This document shows positions 7,591 to 18,371 of a DNA stretch of 20,091 nucleotides, piece after piece. The stretch lies in NCBI GenBank assembly GCA_005239965.1, contig SBAV01000548.1:1-20091 (forward strand), in the 5' to 3' direction. The first letter of the stretch is position 1, and every line of letters begins with the position of its first letter. The DNA comes from Methylobacter tundripaludum. GTDB lineage: Bacteria; Pseudomonadota; Gammaproteobacteria; Methylococcales; Methylomonadaceae. Under the pieces are notes generated by a model, which searched no databases, was not told the DNA's origin, and saw only the letters and a list, made by a program, of their open reading frames with translations. The translations under genes and the position numbers were made by a program.

Positions 7591-9921
7591 ATGTCGGCCG
7601 TAATGGAAGAGAAAACATTTCGTGGTTTGCGCGAAGTCGCTGTGTTCGGTCTTGTCGCCGGGGCAATGTTTTTTTTGATTTCTTTGGTAAGTTTCAGTAT
7701 TGAGGATGCAGGCTGGACGCATAGCGGCAGCACAAAGATTATTCGTAATGCCGGCGGTGTGTTGGGTGCGTGGCTGGCTGATTTTTGCCTTAGTTTTTTT
7801 GGTTTGGTTGCTTATCTGTTCCCCGTGCTATTTTTTTGGCACGGTTACCTGATTTATACGCAAAATAAAAAAACCAAGGGAAAAATCTGGTTGGCCTTGC
7901 CCTGGATGGGCACACTGGTATCGGTAATTGCCGCTACTGCATTGTTATCGCTGTATTTTTTACGCATAGGCATAGAGCTGCCAGACAGTACCGGAGGAAT
8001 AGTCGGACGGGAGATTGGTGATGCCTTGTTGATTTTGCTAGGAAACTCAGGTGCGACGTTACTTTTGATTGTCATATTCTTAGCGGGCGTTACCATGACG
8101 ACCGGACTTTCCTGGGTAACATTTATTGATTTTATCGGCAGACATTCCTTATTGGCATGTCGTGCGAGTGGCGGCGCAGCTAAAACGTTTTGGCAACGGC
8201 ATTTACAAGTACCGGCACGTACAGCGGCACTTCAGCCCCAGGTCAAACAAGACAGGCCGGAAAAAAAGCCAAGCAAAAAAACAACACTGATGTCGGCTAT
8301 TGCTACGCCACGTGTTGAGCAATTTGTGGAAAAATTTGTTGCCAAACCGATAGAAAAAGACAGTGTTGCCAACAAGCCTTTAAAAAAGCAAGTACGCGCC
8401 AAATTTGGCGATGCTCAGTCGGTATTGCCTTCTTTGGAATTGCTGGACAATCGGGACAGCCGCGTCAGGGGCTATACCGCAGTGGAATTGGAAACCATGT
8501 CCCGTCTGGTTGAGACTATTCTGGCCGATTTTAATGTGACGGTGATGGTGGTAGGATTTCATCCGGGCCCTGTGATTACCCGCTTTGAATTACAGCCGGC
8601 GGCGGGTGTTAAAGTCAGTCGTATCAGTACGTTGTCCAAAGATTTGGCGAGAGCCTTGTCGGTAACCAGCGTGCGTATTGTTGAGATTATTCCGGGTAAA
8701 TCGGTGGTGGGTCTGGAAATCCCCAACCAGGAGCGGGAAATGGTGAACTTGCGGGATTTATTGGTTTCCGCACCGTTTGAAAAATCAAAGTCACTGTTAA
8801 CCTTGGCGATGGGCAAAGATATCTCTGGAACGCCTATGGTGGCTGATCTTGCCAAGATGCCACATGCCCTGGTGGCCGGAACGACCGGTTCTGGTAAGTC
8901 TGTCGCCATTAACACCATGATATTAAGCTTACTGTACAAGTCTACGCCGGAACAAGTGCGACTGATCATGATTGATCCGAAGATGTTGGAACTATCGGTA
9001 TATGAAGGCATTCCACATCTGTTGACTCCTGTAGTTACCGATATGAAAGAAGCCAGCAACGCCTTGCGCTGGGCAGTAGGCGAGATGGAGCGGCGCTATA
9101 AGCTGATGTCGAAAATGGGCGTTAGAAATCTTGCCGGTTTTAATCAGTTGATTACAGATGCCGCAGCACGCGGTGAAGCGATCAGGGATCCGCTATTTCA
9201 AATGGTGACACCGTTGGAGGAGGGTGATGAATACCCAACCTTAACGACTTTGCCCAGCATAGTCATTGTCATCGACGAATTGGCGGACATGATGATGATA
9301 GTCGGCAAAAAAGTCGAAGAGCTGATTGCGCGTTTGGCGCAAAAAGCCCGTGCAGCGGGCATACATCTGATCTTGGCTACCCAACGTCCATCGGTTGATG
9401 TGCTAACTGGCTTGATTAAAGCCAACGTGCCGACCCGTATTTCTTTTCAGGTGTCATCGCGCATCGATTCGCGCACTATTCTGGACCAGGGTGGTGCGGA
9501 AGCTTTGTTAGGCAATGGCGATATGCTGTTTTTACCCTCGGGGACCAGTATCCCCATTCGCGCCCATGGTGCCTTTGTGGATGATCCTGAAGTTCATCGT
9601 GTTGTTGAGTTTTTAAAGCAGACCGCGCCGCCTAATTATCTGGAAGACATTACCCGTGATATGTCTGATAGTAATGACGGTTTTAGTGCGGGCGGCAGTT
9701 TTGGCAGCAGCATTTCTGAAGGCGATTCCATGTACGATCAGGCAGTTGCGTTTGTTACCGAGTCACGCAAGGCTTCCATATCCAGCGTACAACGCAAGTT
9801 TAAAATTGGTTATAACCGCGCTGCCACGATCATTGAAGAAATGGAAGCGGCCGGCGTGGTCAGCGCTGCCGAATCCAATGGTTCTCGTGTTGTCTTGGCT
9901 CCACCGCCCGTTAGGGATTAG
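7591..9921 (+). CDS. ftsK: DNA translocase FtsK
   Basis: 776 aa. N-terminal multi-TM segment, a Pro/Lys-rich linker, a motor domain with Walker [10 protein letters not shown] and a DEL Walker B ([12 protein letters not shown]), and a C-terminal gamma winged-helix ([28 protein letters not shown]). AGGTG SD upstream. Confidence 0.9.
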   Translation: MSAVMEEKTFRGLREVAVFGLVAGAMFFLISLVSFSIEDAGWTHSGSTKIIRNAGGVLGAWLADFCLSFFGLVAYLFPVLFFWHGYLIYTQNKKTKGKIWLALPWMGTLVSVIAATALLSLYFLRIGIELPDSTGGIVGREIGDALLILLGNSGATLLLIVIFLAGVTMTTGLSWVTFIDFIGRHSLLACRASGGAAKTFWQRHLQVPARTAALQPQVKQDRPEKKPSKKTTLMSAIATPRVEQFVEKFVAKPIEKDSVANKPLKKQVRAKFGDAQSVLPSLELLDNRDSRVRGYTAVELETMSRLVETILADFNVTVMVVGFHPGPVITRFELQPAAGVKVSRISTLSKDLARALSVTSVRIVEIIPGKSVVGLEIPNQEREMVNLRDLLVSAPFEKSKSLLTLAMGKDISGTPMVADLAKMPHALVAGTTGSGKSVAINTMILSLLYKSTPEQVRLIMIDPKMLELSVYEGIPHLLTPVVTDMKEASNALRWAVGEMERRYKLMSKMGVRNLAGFNQLITDAAARGEAIRDPLFQMVTPLEEGDEYPTLTTLPSIVIVIDELADMMMIVGKKVEELIARLAQKARAAGIHLILATQRPSVDVLTGLIKANVPTRISFQVSSRIDSRTILDQGGAEALLGNGDMLFLPSGTSIPIRAHGAFVDDPEVHRVVEFLKQTAPPNYLEDITRDMSDSNDGFSAGGSFGSSISEGDSMYDQAVAFVTESRKASISSVQRKFKIGYNRAATIIEEMEAAGVVSAAESNGSRVVLAPPPVRD

Positions 9922-9928
9922 CAGTTTT

Positions 9929-9950
9929 GCGTTGCGCGGTTTTTTCTTTA
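9929..9950 (+). terminator. Weak intrinsic-terminator candidate after ftsK: a short GC stem (ttGCGttgCGCgg) followed by TTTTTTCTTT
   Basis: T-run at 9941-9950 after a 3-5 bp stem. The hairpin is marginal. Confidence 0.25.
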
Positions 9951-9999
9951 GTACCAGACGATGTTAAACTTTGTCCGTCCTGGAGGGTAGCCACTCACC

Positions 10000-12609
10000 T
10001 TACACATCATCAAATTCTTCAGCCAGCACACCTGATTTTCCCCGACGGTAAGACGGTGCAATACTGACCAGCAGTGTAATTAAAGCCGCAATATAAGGCA
10101 CTGATTGCACGGATAATACCGCAATCCAAAGTCGCCCGCTTAAGTTGTCAAAATGCTCCAGTGTATACATAAACCAAATGGCAGCGCCCAGCAGCACCAG
10201 CAATAACAGCTCTTGCCTGATAGTCAGTAAACCTGCAATAAGCGCCCCTTGTTTTTCATATTTTGGAGTCCGCATAAATGGCTTGCCGTTAGTAAACAAA
10301 CCTTGAATCGTTCCCCTGGCTACCGTATGCGTTAACGATAACCCAGACAGTGATGCCCCAAGCGATTGCCAGATTGAACAGGGAACCCGGACCTGATAAA
10401 GCCATAAGCTCCTTATAATTTTGAAGCTGAACAACCCTATTGTCGGCAATAAGAAAGCATTGACGGGTAATTCACTGTGCAAAGGATCAGCAAGCAGCAC
10501 ACCGGTTAAAATTAAGCTGGTAGTAGTAAACAACAGCGCCAAGGCATCAGAGAACCACGGTAACCAGCCGGCAATAAAGTAATAGCGTTGCGCCGATGTT
10601 AACGGTGATTTTTTAGTGGGCAGGAAGCTTCGCCAATGGCCTTTAATAATCTGCATGGCGCCATAAACCCAACGGAAGCGTTGCGTCATATAACCGGACA
10701 TGGTATCTGGCATTAAACCTTGCCCAAACGAATCCTTGCAGTAAACGGAATCGTAACCGGCCTCATACAAACGCAACCCAAGTTCGCTGTCCTCACAAAT
10801 GCACCATTCTGCCCATTTGCCGATTTCCTGCAGGGCAGATTTGCGGATCATGGTCATCGTACCGTGTTGAATAATGGCATTGTATTCGTTACGTTGCACC
10901 ATGCCGATATTAAAAAATCCGGCGTATTCCCAATAACAAAAGGATTTAAACGTACTCAGATGACGGTCACGGTAATCTTGCGGCGATTGCACAAAGCCAA
11001 CATTGTCATTGTCGAAATACGGCACCATACACTTAAGCCAATCCGGCGACAGAATATAATCACTGTCGATAACGGCAATAATTTCAGCATCACTGGCGGT
11101 TTGTTCAAGCGCATGATTAATAGCGCCGGCCTTGAACCCCGGCCAGTTTTCCAGATGGAAAAACCTGAACTTGTCACCCAGGCGCTTACAATCATCACGG
11201 ACAGGTTCCCAAACAGCGGGATCCTTGGTGTTATTGTCCATCACCAACACTTCCAAATTGGGATAATCCACTTTAGCCAAAGCTTCTAACGTTTTACGCA
11301 CCATAGCTGGCGGCTCGTTATGGATCGGCAAATGCAAGGATACTTTCGGATATTTGAAATCGGGCGATGGCTCCAGCGGGGTAAATGTTCTTGCAGTATT
11401 TCTATGCCAGACGACCTCGGCAATTTCCAGGCTTTCAATCAACAGAATGATAACCGCCAGCATTTGCATCAATACCAGCAAAACCCAGAACACAATGGTC
11501 ATGTGGGTTTGGTATTGCTGGGCACCTATAGACACCGTCCAAAAAATAACTGATGCGGCAAGGTTGGCGATCAGGCCAAAAAACAGTAAACCTGGCAGTT
11601 TTAGATTTCTGCGGGTAAATAAAAACAAGCCCATCAACACAACGCTGAAAACAGCGGCGCCGGTAGCCCAGTTTTTCCAGGCCGGCAAGGTTAGCACATC
11701 ACCATTCATGGGGTATTTGGGTTGCCGATCGGCATTAAAAATCCCCCAATACGCGCCTGCTGAACCTTCATCAGACATTTTCCAAGGTTGGTCAAAGGCT
11801 TCGATAATATAATAAGCAATATGCTCTTTAGCGGCGCGGTTAAGGAACTCTCGCAAAAAACGCGCCTGGTTGGCAATTGAAGCCGTTGCGTGCTTAAAAG
11901 GCTGGCCATCGGAGGGCCAGCCTACTTCGGTGATGATTATGGGTTTGTTGGGGTAGGCTTGCTTTAATGCATGATGCCGGTCAAAAACATAATCGACGGC
12001 ATCTTCAGCAGCAATTCCTTCCCAGTACGGCAGAATGTGTACGCCGATATAATCGACTTCTTTCACCAATTCGGGATGCGCCAGCCATTTATCCCAGGTT
12101 TCCGAAGTACTGACCGGTCGCCAGGTGCGTTTTTTGACTTCCCGGATATAGTCGATCAACTGTTCTTCGGTTATTTCGTTGCGTAACAACACCTCGTTAC
12201 CAACCATGATACGGACGATTTTTGGATTATCTTCTCGACTGATTTGGATGAGGGTTTCAATTTCCTGGCGATTTTTTTCCAAATCGCCGCCTATCCAGGC
12301 ACCAACAGTGACATTGAGCCCGTGTTTTGCAGCAAGCCTGGGCACTTCATTTAGGCCTTTCAGTACACTGTAGGTTCTTACTGCATGGACTTTGTCAGCT
12401 AGCAGCGCCAAATCGGCATCAATTTCTGCTGGATCGTGAAAGGTTTTGGTTTTTTGGGTGTCATTTTTGCGCATGGGGTCAAAAGTAACACCCATGGTGG
12501 TTTTAGTCCACGGCTGTAATTGCAGCGGGTTATTGATATAACTCCAAATGCTGAAATTAATGACAACGAGTAATACGAGCGTAAACAGCGTAGCTATTTT
12601 TGTTTTCAT
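10000..12609 (-). CDS. Bifunctional NdvB-like beta-glucan synthase: periplasmic GH17 glucanase/transglycosylase domain, TM segments, and a processive GT2 glycosyltransferase domain
   Basis: 869 aa. N-terminal signal-anchor. GH17 motifs GNEV (acid/base) and ITEVGWPS (nucleophile). Several TM helices. GT2 motifs VMDNN, VIDSDY, CEDSE and QRFRW (QxxRW). Architecture and length match P. aeruginosa NdvB-type cyclic/linear beta-1,3-glucan synthases. Confidence 0.75.
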   Translation of the reverse strand: MKTKIATLFTLVLLVVINFSIWSYINNPLQLQPWTKTTMGVTFDPMRKNDTQKTKTFHDPAEIDADLALLADKVHAVRTYSVLKGLNEVPRLAAKHGLNVTVGAWIGGDLEKNRQEIETLIQISREDNPKIVRIMVGNEVLLRNEITEEQLIDYIREVKKRTWRPVSTSETWDKWLAHPELVKEVDYIGVHILPYWEGIAAEDAVDYVFDRHHALKQAYPNKPIIITEVGWPSDGQPFKHATASIANQARFLREFLNRAAKEHIAYYIIEAFDQPWKMSDEGSAGAYWGIFNADRQPKYPMNGDVLTLPAWKNWATGAAVFSVVLMGLFLFTRRNLKLPGLLFFGLIANLAASVIFWTVSIGAQQYQTHMTIVFWVLLVLMQMLAVIILLIESLEIAEVVWHRNTARTFTPLEPSPDFKYPKVSLHLPIHNEPPAMVRKTLEALAKVDYPNLEVLVMDNNTKDPAVWEPVRDDCKRLGDKFRFFHLENWPGFKAGAINHALEQTASDAEIIAVIDSDYILSPDWLKCMVPYFDNDNVGFVQSPQDYRDRHLSTFKSFCYWEYAGFFNIGMVQRNEYNAIIQHGTMTMIRKSALQEIGKWAEWCICEDSELGLRLYEAGYDSVYCKDSFGQGLMPDTMSGYMTQRFRWVYGAMQIIKGHWRSFLPTKKSPLTSAQRYYFIAGWLPWFSDALALLFTTTSLILTGVLLADPLHSELPVNAFLLPTIGLFSFKIIRSLWLYQVRVPCSIWQSLGASLSGLSLTHTVARGTIQGLFTNGKPFMRTPKYEKQGALIAGLLTIRQELLLLVLLGAAIWFMYTLEHFDNLSGRLWIAVLSVQSVPYIAALITLLVSIAPSYRRGKSGVLAEEFDDV

Positions 12610-12675
12610 CGGGGTACTCGGGAGTTTTCAGTTGAACAGAAAAGTCTCAGTGTTTAAGTCTCAAAGTGCAAAATT

Positions 12676-14121
12676 CTAAGATTTGTCTTTTTTGATGTAA
12701 ATATCGGTAATCGTACCGTTGATTATTTCAGCGGCAAAACCTAAGGTTTCCGATAACGTCGGATGCGGATGTATGGTTAAACTAATGTCGTCTGCATCTG
12801 CACCCATTTCCAGCGCCAATACCGCTTCGGCTATCAATTCACCGGCATTGGTGCCGACTATACCAGCACCCAGGATGCGACCGGTTTCCTTATCACACAC
12901 TATTTTGGTTAAGCCTTCCTTACGGCCAATACTGAGTGAGCGCCCACTGGCTGCCCAAGGAAAAACCGCCTTGTCATAGTCGATGCCTTGCTGTTTGGCC
13001 TGATTTTCCGTCAAGCCCATCCAGGCCACTTCAGGGTCTGTATAAGCGACTGAAGGAATGGTCAGTGCATCAAAGCCGGCCTTATGCCCGGCAGCAACTT
13101 CAGCGGCCACCTTGCCTTCGTGTACCGCTTTATGGGCGAGCATAGGATTGCCGACGATATCGCCCACTGCAAAAATATGCGGGACATTAGTGCGTTGTTG
13201 CTTATCCACAGGGATAAAACCTTGTTGGTTAACGGTAATACCGGCGCGCTCAGCGCCAATCAGGTTGCCGTTCGGTCTACGTCCTACCGCAACCAACACC
13301 GCATCAAAGACTTCTTCTTGCGGCGCATTTTTGCCTTCAAATGTAACTTTCAAACCATCAGGCTGCGCTTCAATTGAAGATACTTTCGTTTCCAGCCAGA
13401 TATTGTCATACTGTTTTTTGATACGCCTGAACAAGGGGGTAATCAAATCCTTGTCACAGCCAGGAATGATTTGATCCATCAACTCAACCACACTGATTTT
13501 TGAACCAAACGCATGATAAACCGTAGCCATTTCCAGGCCAATAATGCCGCCACCGACGATCAGCAGTTTTTTGGGGATTTCTTTAAGTGCCAATGCGCCC
13601 GTTGAATCCATTAAACGTGGATCATCATTAGGAAAGGTAGGTATTTGGGTCGGTTGTGAGCCGGCGGCAATAATCGCCTGCTCGAACTTGATGGTTTGAA
13701 TACCGGTTTCGGTTTGTACATCAACCGTGTTGGTGGAAGTAAATTGTCCAACGCCCTGTACACGCGTAATTTTGCGCTGCTTGACCAAACCGGCCAGGCC
13801 ATCATTTAATGTTTTAGTAACGCTTTGCTTCCAGTCCCTGATCTTGTCAATGTCCAACTTTGGTTTTTCAAACATGACGCCGCGCTCGGCAAACTCTTCC
13901 GCTTCATGTATCACTTGCGCCATGTGCAACAACGCTTTGGAAGGGATGCAGCCGACATTAAGGCAAACACCACCTATGACCGGGTAGCGCTCGACCAGGA
14001 CGACCTGCTTGCCCAAATCGGCAGCCCGGAATGCGGCCGTATATCCACCAGGACCTCCGCCCAATACCAGAACTTCTGCCTGTATTGCAGTATCACTTTG
14101 TGTTGAATTAGTATCCATCAT
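12676..14121 (-). CDS. lpdA: Dihydrolipoyl dehydrogenase (E3)
   Basis: GGGPGGY FAD fold. Redox-active disulfide GGVCLNVGCIPSK. NAD fold GGGIIGLE. C-terminal HPHPTLSE interface motif. AGAAGGA SD. Confidence 0.9.
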   Translation of the reverse strand: MMDTNSTQSDTAIQAEVLVLGGGPGGYTAAFRAADLGKQVVLVERYPVIGGVCLNVGCIPSKALLHMAQVIHEAEEFAERGVMFEKPKLDIDKIRDWKQSVTKTLNDGLAGLVKQRKITRVQGVGQFTSTNTVDVQTETGIQTIKFEQAIIAAGSQPTQIPTFPNDDPRLMDSTGALALKEIPKKLLIVGGGIIGLEMATVYHAFGSKISVVELMDQIIPGCDKDLITPLFRRIKKQYDNIWLETKVSSIEAQPDGLKVTFEGKNAPQEEVFDAVLVAVGRRPNGNLIGAERAGITVNQQGFIPVDKQQRTNVPHIFAVGDIVGNPMLAHKAVHEGKVAAEVAAGHKAGFDALTIPSVAYTDPEVAWMGLTENQAKQQGIDYDKAVFPWAASGRSLSIGRKEGLTKIVCDKETGRILGAGIVGTNAGELIAEAVLALEMGADADDISLTIHPHPTLSETLGFAAEIINGTITDIYIKKDKS

Positions 14122-14132
14122 TATCCTTCTGA

Positions 14133-15434
14133 TTAAAGTAATAAACGGCGAATATCGCTTAAGTTTTGTTTGACAACCGCCATGAAACGCGCACCTTCCG
14201 CACCATCGATAACCCGGTGGTCGTAAGTCAAATCCAGGGGCAGCATTAAACGGGGCATAAATTCCTTGCCGTTCCAGACCGGCTGCATTTTGGCACGGGT
14301 AACACCCAGGATAGCCACTTCCGGCGCATTGACTATCGGTGTAAACGACGTCCCGCCAATACCGCCTAAGCTGGAAATGGTAATACAGCCGCCCTGCATA
14401 TCATTGGGCAGCAATTTGCCTTGCCGTGCCTTGGCGCTTTTCTCCGCCAGTTCAACAGCCAGCTGGTTAATGCTTTTGCTGTCCACATCACGCAAGACCG
14501 GCACCACCAAGCCATTTGGGGTATCCACGGCGATACCGATGTTGAAATAACGTTTGAGTATGATATTTTCGCCATCGCCGGACAAGGAGGCATTAAAGCT
14601 CGGAAATTGTTTCATCGCCGCAACCAGTGCCTTGATGATAAACATCAAGCCGGTAATCTTGACTTCATCCTTGGCTTTTTCACCATTCAATTCCACCCGG
14701 AATGCTTCCATCTCGGTAATGTCCGCTTCATCATGATAGGTGACCATCGGCAGATTTAACCAGACACGACTTAAATTTTGCCCGGTCAAGCGTTTAATTT
14801 TACTGAGCTTTTGTACTTCTATATCACCAAATACCGAGAAATCAACAACGGGTATACCAGGAATTCCGGCAATCACTGTAGTAGGAGTGCCTTCTGCAAG
14901 TGTTTTTTTAACGAAGTTTTTCACATCATCTTTTAAGATGCGCCCTTTGCGGCCACTACCTGTAGTAACTTTACCCAGGTCGACCCCCAGCTCACGCGCA
15001 AACAGCCGTACCGAGGGTGAGGCATGGACTATTTTCGTAGCACTGGTTTCGTTTGCCGTTACAGGTGCTGTTGCAGCAGGCGCTGCGGAAGATGAAGCAA
15101 TGGAAGGAGCCGGTTCGGCTTGTTTAGAAATGGGAGTAGCGGGTGGTGGCGCGGTTTGTTCGAGGGTTTTGGAGGGAGCTGGTTCTGAGGTGGTTTGCTG
15201 CTCTGCCGCCAGAACCGTCGCAATCAACGTCCCTTCCGAGACCTTATCGCCTGCCTTGACATGTACTTGCTGCACTACACCTGCGGCAGTTGAGGGCAGT
15301 TCCATGCTTGCTTTATCACCCTCAAGGGTGATGATGGACTGCTCTAATGCAACAGTGTCACCCGCTTGAACCAATACCTCTACCACATCAACTTCAGCCG
15401 AACCCACATCAGGGACTTTAATTTCAATCAGCAT
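14133..15434 (-). CDS. aceF: Dihydrolipoamide acetyltransferase (PDH E2) with a single lipoyl domain
   Basis: One lipoyl domain (LEGDKASMELP), an Ala/Pro-rich linker, an E1/E3-binding domain (ASPSVRLFARELGVDL) and a catalytic DHRVIDGA motif. GGGAAGGA SD. An 11-bp gap separates it from lpdA. Confidence 0.9.
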   Translation of the reverse strand: MLIEIKVPDVGSAEVDVVEVLVQAGDTVALEQSIITLEGDKASMELPSTAAGVVQQVHVKAGDKVSEGTLIATVLAAEQQTTSEPAPSKTLEQTAPPPATPISKQAEPAPSIASSSAAPAATAPVTANETSATKIVHASPSVRLFARELGVDLGKVTTGSGRKGRILKDDVKNFVKKTLAEGTPTTVIAGIPGIPVVDFSVFGDIEVQKLSKIKRLTGQNLSRVWLNLPMVTYHDEADITEMEAFRVELNGEKAKDEVKITGLMFIIKALVAAMKQFPSFNASLSGDGENIILKRYFNIGIAVDTPNGLVVPVLRDVDSKSINQLAVELAEKSAKARQGKLLPNDMQGGCITISSLGGIGGTSFTPIVNAPEVAILGVTRAKMQPVWNGKEFMPRLMLPLDLTYDHRVIDGAEGARFMAVVKQNLSDIRRLLL

Positions 15435-15449
15435 TGTCTGTTCCTTCCC

Positions 15450-18128
15450 TTAAACCAACCAAGGCGCTTTGATATCAGCATTAATCGCATATTTTGCAAT
15501 AGCGGCATCGACTTTATTCGTCTCACAATAGCCCATATCGGCAAGGCTTTTTAGCGCAGCGATGGTGATATGATAACGATCAACCTCGAAAAACCGGCGT
15601 AAATTTTCACGGGTATCTGAGCGGCCAAAGCCATCCGTACCCAAAACCGTGTACGGCGCGGCGACAAGCTTACGAATTTGTTCGGCGTAGGCGCGGATGT
15701 AATCGGTAGCGGCAACGACCGGGTTTTTAGCGTTATCCAGACAGCGGGCAACATGTGAGATTTTTGCAGGTTCAGATGGATGTAAACGATTCCAGCGTTC
15801 ACAGCTTTGGCCATCCCGTGCCAATTCCGTAAAGCTTGGACAACTCCATAAATCCGATTCCATCTCCCAATCGTCATGCAACAGGACGGCGGCGGCTTCA
15901 ACTTCGCGGAAAATGGTACCAGAACCCAGTAATTGTACGCGCGGGCCCTTTTTCTTGCCGCCTGCCTGAAACAAATACATGCCTTTGAGAATATCCAGTT
16001 CCACGCCTTTAGGCATGGCAGGGTGGCTATAATTCTCATTCATAACCGTGATGTAGTAGAACACGTCTTCCTGTTCCACATACATACGGCGCAAGCCATT
16101 TTGGATAATGACAGCCAGTTCGTAGGCGTAGGTGGGATCGTAAGAGATACAATTGGGTATGGTTGCTGACATCAGATGACTGTGGCCATCTTCATGTTGC
16201 AGGCCTTCACCATTTAATGTGGTTCTACCAGCAGTGCCGCCCATCAAAAAGCCGCGTGTGCGCTGGTCGGCAGCCGCCCAAATCAAATCGCCTACCCGTT
16301 GGAAGCCAAACATGGAGTAGTAAATGAAAAACGGAATCATCGGCACATTATGCGTAGAATACGAAGTTCCTGCCGCAATCCAGTCGCACAGGCCACCGGC
16401 TTCGTTAATACCTTCCTGCAACACCTGGCCATGCTTGTCTTCCTTGTAAAACATCAGTTGATCAGCATCCTGTGGCGTGTAAAGTTGACCTACCTGAGAC
16501 CAAATACCCAGTTGCCGGAACATGCCTTCCATACCAAAAGTTCTGGATTCGTCAGGAACAATGGGCACAATGCGTTTACCGATGTTTTTATCTTTCGCAA
16601 GAATATTGATTAACCTGACAAAAGCCATGGTGGTGGAAATTTCACGGCCTTCGGCACTGGCTTCCAGCAAGGGTTTAAAATCGTTTAATACCGGTACATC
16701 CAGTGCATACGACTTGTTTCTTCTTACGGGCAAATGCCCTCCCAGCTGAGCACGGCACTTGCTCATGTAGGCCAGTTCTTTGGAGCCTTCTGGGAAAGTG
16801 AGATAAGGTAGATCGTGCAATTGCTCATCGGTAACCGGCAAGTCATACCGATCACGAAAATGGCGGAGTGAGTCATCACTCATTTTTTTCTGCTGGTGGG
16901 AAATGTTTTGCGCTTCGCCAGAAGAACCCATGCCATAACCTTTGATGGTTTTGGCCAGAATAACGGTAGGCTGGCCTTTATGATTTACTGCCGCATGGAA
17001 GGCTGCATACACTTTGGAAGGATCATGGCCGCCCCGGTTTAATTCCCAGATATCCCGATCTGACCAGTCGGCTACCATGGCCTTTAATTCAGGTGTGTTA
17101 AAAAAATGTTCCCGGACATAAGCGCCGTCTTTGGCCTTGAAGGTTTGATAGTCCCCGTCGACACAAGCCATCATGCGGGCAGCCAACAAGCCATCTTTGT
17201 CACGGGCTAACAGGGCATCCCAGCGCTGTCCCCACACCAGTTTAATGACATTCCAGCCCGCACCGCGAAATTCGCTTTCCAGTTCCTGAATGATTTTGCC
17301 GTTACCGCGTACTGGTCCATCCAGACGCTGTAGATTGCAGTTGACCACGAAAATAAGATTATCCAGTTTTTCGCGGCCCGCCATACCAATCGCCCCTAAT
17401 GATTCAGGCTCATCGGTTTCGCCATCCCCCAAAAAGCTCCAGACTTTACGTTCTGAGGTATCCGCAAAACCACGATCTTGCAGATAGCGCATAAAGCGAG
17501 CCTGATAAATGGCCATGATGGGCCCAAGCCCCATAGACACGGTTGGAAATTGCCAAAAATCCTGCATTAACCAAGGGTGGGGATAAGATGACAAGCCATT
17601 ACCGTTGACTTCCTGACGGAAATTATCCATTTGCTCCAGGGTGAATCGTCCAAGGAGAAAAGAACGCGCGTAATCACCGGGGGTAAGATGGCCTTGGGTA
17701 AAAATCAGGTCGCCGCCGTGTTGTTCTGAGGACGCACGCCAAAAATGATTGTAGCCGACATCATACAACGTGGCCGCCGAAGCAAAGCTGGCGATATGGC
17801 CACCGACATTGGTGTGCTTATTGGCCCTTAATACCATCATCATGGCATTCCAACGCACGTAAGAGCGGATTTTAAGTTCGCTAGACTGGTCGCCTGGGAA
17901 GGGAGCCTGACGCGCTACGGGAATGGTGTTAAGGTAGGCGGTGTTGGCGCTAAAGGGAATATCGAAGCCAGCGTGCCGGGCGACTGCAACCAGTTGCTCG
18001 ATCAGAAAATGCGCACGTTCGCTACCATCCTTTTCTATTAGCGCTTGTAGCGCTTCAATCCATTCTTTGGTTTCCGTAGGATCAATGTCATTCTGTCCGG
18101 TAACTTCTGATATAAAACTGTTATTCAT
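15450..18128 (-). CDS. aceE: Pyruvate dehydrogenase E1 component (homodimeric type)
   Basis: 892 aa. The N-terminus MNNSFISEV...DPTETKEWIEAL and overall length are typical of AceE. It lies directly upstream of aceF with a 15-bp gap. Confidence 0.9.
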   Translation of the reverse strand: MNNSFISEVTGQNDIDPTETKEWIEALQALIEKDGSERAHFLIEQLVAVARHAGFDIPFSANTAYLNTIPVARQAPFPGDQSSELKIRSYVRWNAMMMVLRANKHTNVGGHIASFASAATLYDVGYNHFWRASSEQHGGDLIFTQGHLTPGDYARSFLLGRFTLEQMDNFRQEVNGNGLSSYPHPWLMQDFWQFPTVSMGLGPIMAIYQARFMRYLQDRGFADTSERKVWSFLGDGETDEPESLGAIGMAGREKLDNLIFVVNCNLQRLDGPVRGNGKIIQELESEFRGAGWNVIKLVWGQRWDALLARDKDGLLAARMMACVDGDYQTFKAKDGAYVREHFFNTPELKAMVADWSDRDIWELNRGGHDPSKVYAAFHAAVNHKGQPTVILAKTIKGYGMGSSGEAQNISHQQKKMSDDSLRHFRDRYDLPVTDEQLHDLPYLTFPEGSKELAYMSKCRAQLGGHLPVRRNKSYALDVPVLNDFKPLLEASAEGREISTTMAFVRLINILAKDKNIGKRIVPIVPDESRTFGMEGMFRQLGIWSQVGQLYTPQDADQLMFYKEDKHGQVLQEGINEAGGLCDWIAAGTSYSTHNVPMIPFFIYYSMFGFQRVGDLIWAAADQRTRGFLMGGTAGRTTLNGEGLQHEDGHSHLMSATIPNCISYDPTYAYELAVIIQNGLRRMYVEQEDVFYYITVMNENYSHPAMPKGVELDILKGMYLFQAGGKKKGPRVQLLGSGTIFREVEAAAVLLHDDWEMESDLWSCPSFTELARDGQSCERWNRLHPSEPAKISHVARCLDNAKNPVVAATDYIRAYAEQIRKLVAAPYTVLGTDGFGRSDTRENLRRFFEVDRYHITIAALKSLADMGYCETNKVDAAIAKYAINADIKAPWLV

Positions 18129-18346
18129 GTAGGGTCCTGTCGGAACGGGTTAAGCTGCATAGCTGACAAACAAATAATTGTAGACCGTCGTTAAGTCTTA
18201 TGGCTAACAATTGCAAAACCGGCAAAGTTGTGCAAAAAACAGAAATAATCTGATGCACTGCATAGTATATACAAATCAAACCGCGCGATGTACCAGTTTT
18301 AGACAGTATGCCCCGAAATAGAACATTAATGACATGGATTGGATGG

Positions 18347-18371
18347 GTTTAAAACGGATCAGTCAAATCCG
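18347..18371 (-). terminator. Rho-independent terminator candidate for prfC (minus-strand ACGGAT-uugacug-AUCCGU followed by UUUUAAA)
   Basis: Inverted repeat 18354-18359/18366-18371, with a T-run immediately 3' of it on the minus strand (plus 18348-18353). Confidence 0.45.

Noticed and set aside
10720-11812. 189-aa and 152-aa plus-strand ORFs antisense to the NdvB-like gene
   Set aside because: Antisense shadows of a gene with strong GT2/GH17 motifs. No SD, no recognisable domains.
12610-12675. Direct 7-bp repeat AGTCTCA...AGTCTCA between lpdA and the NdvB-like gene as a possible regulatory site or terminator
   Set aside because: It is a direct repeat, not an inverted one, so it forms no hairpin. 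It is too short to call.
14740-15369. 209-aa plus-strand ORF antisense to aceF
   Set aside because: Mirror of the Ala/Pro-rich linker region of E2, which gives Ala/Gly-rich antisense frames. Not a real gene.
16889-16896. E. coli-type Chi octamer GCTGGTGG inside aceE
   Set aside because: A single occurrence in 20 kb is near chance expectation. The Chi sequence is species-specific and the host is unknown.
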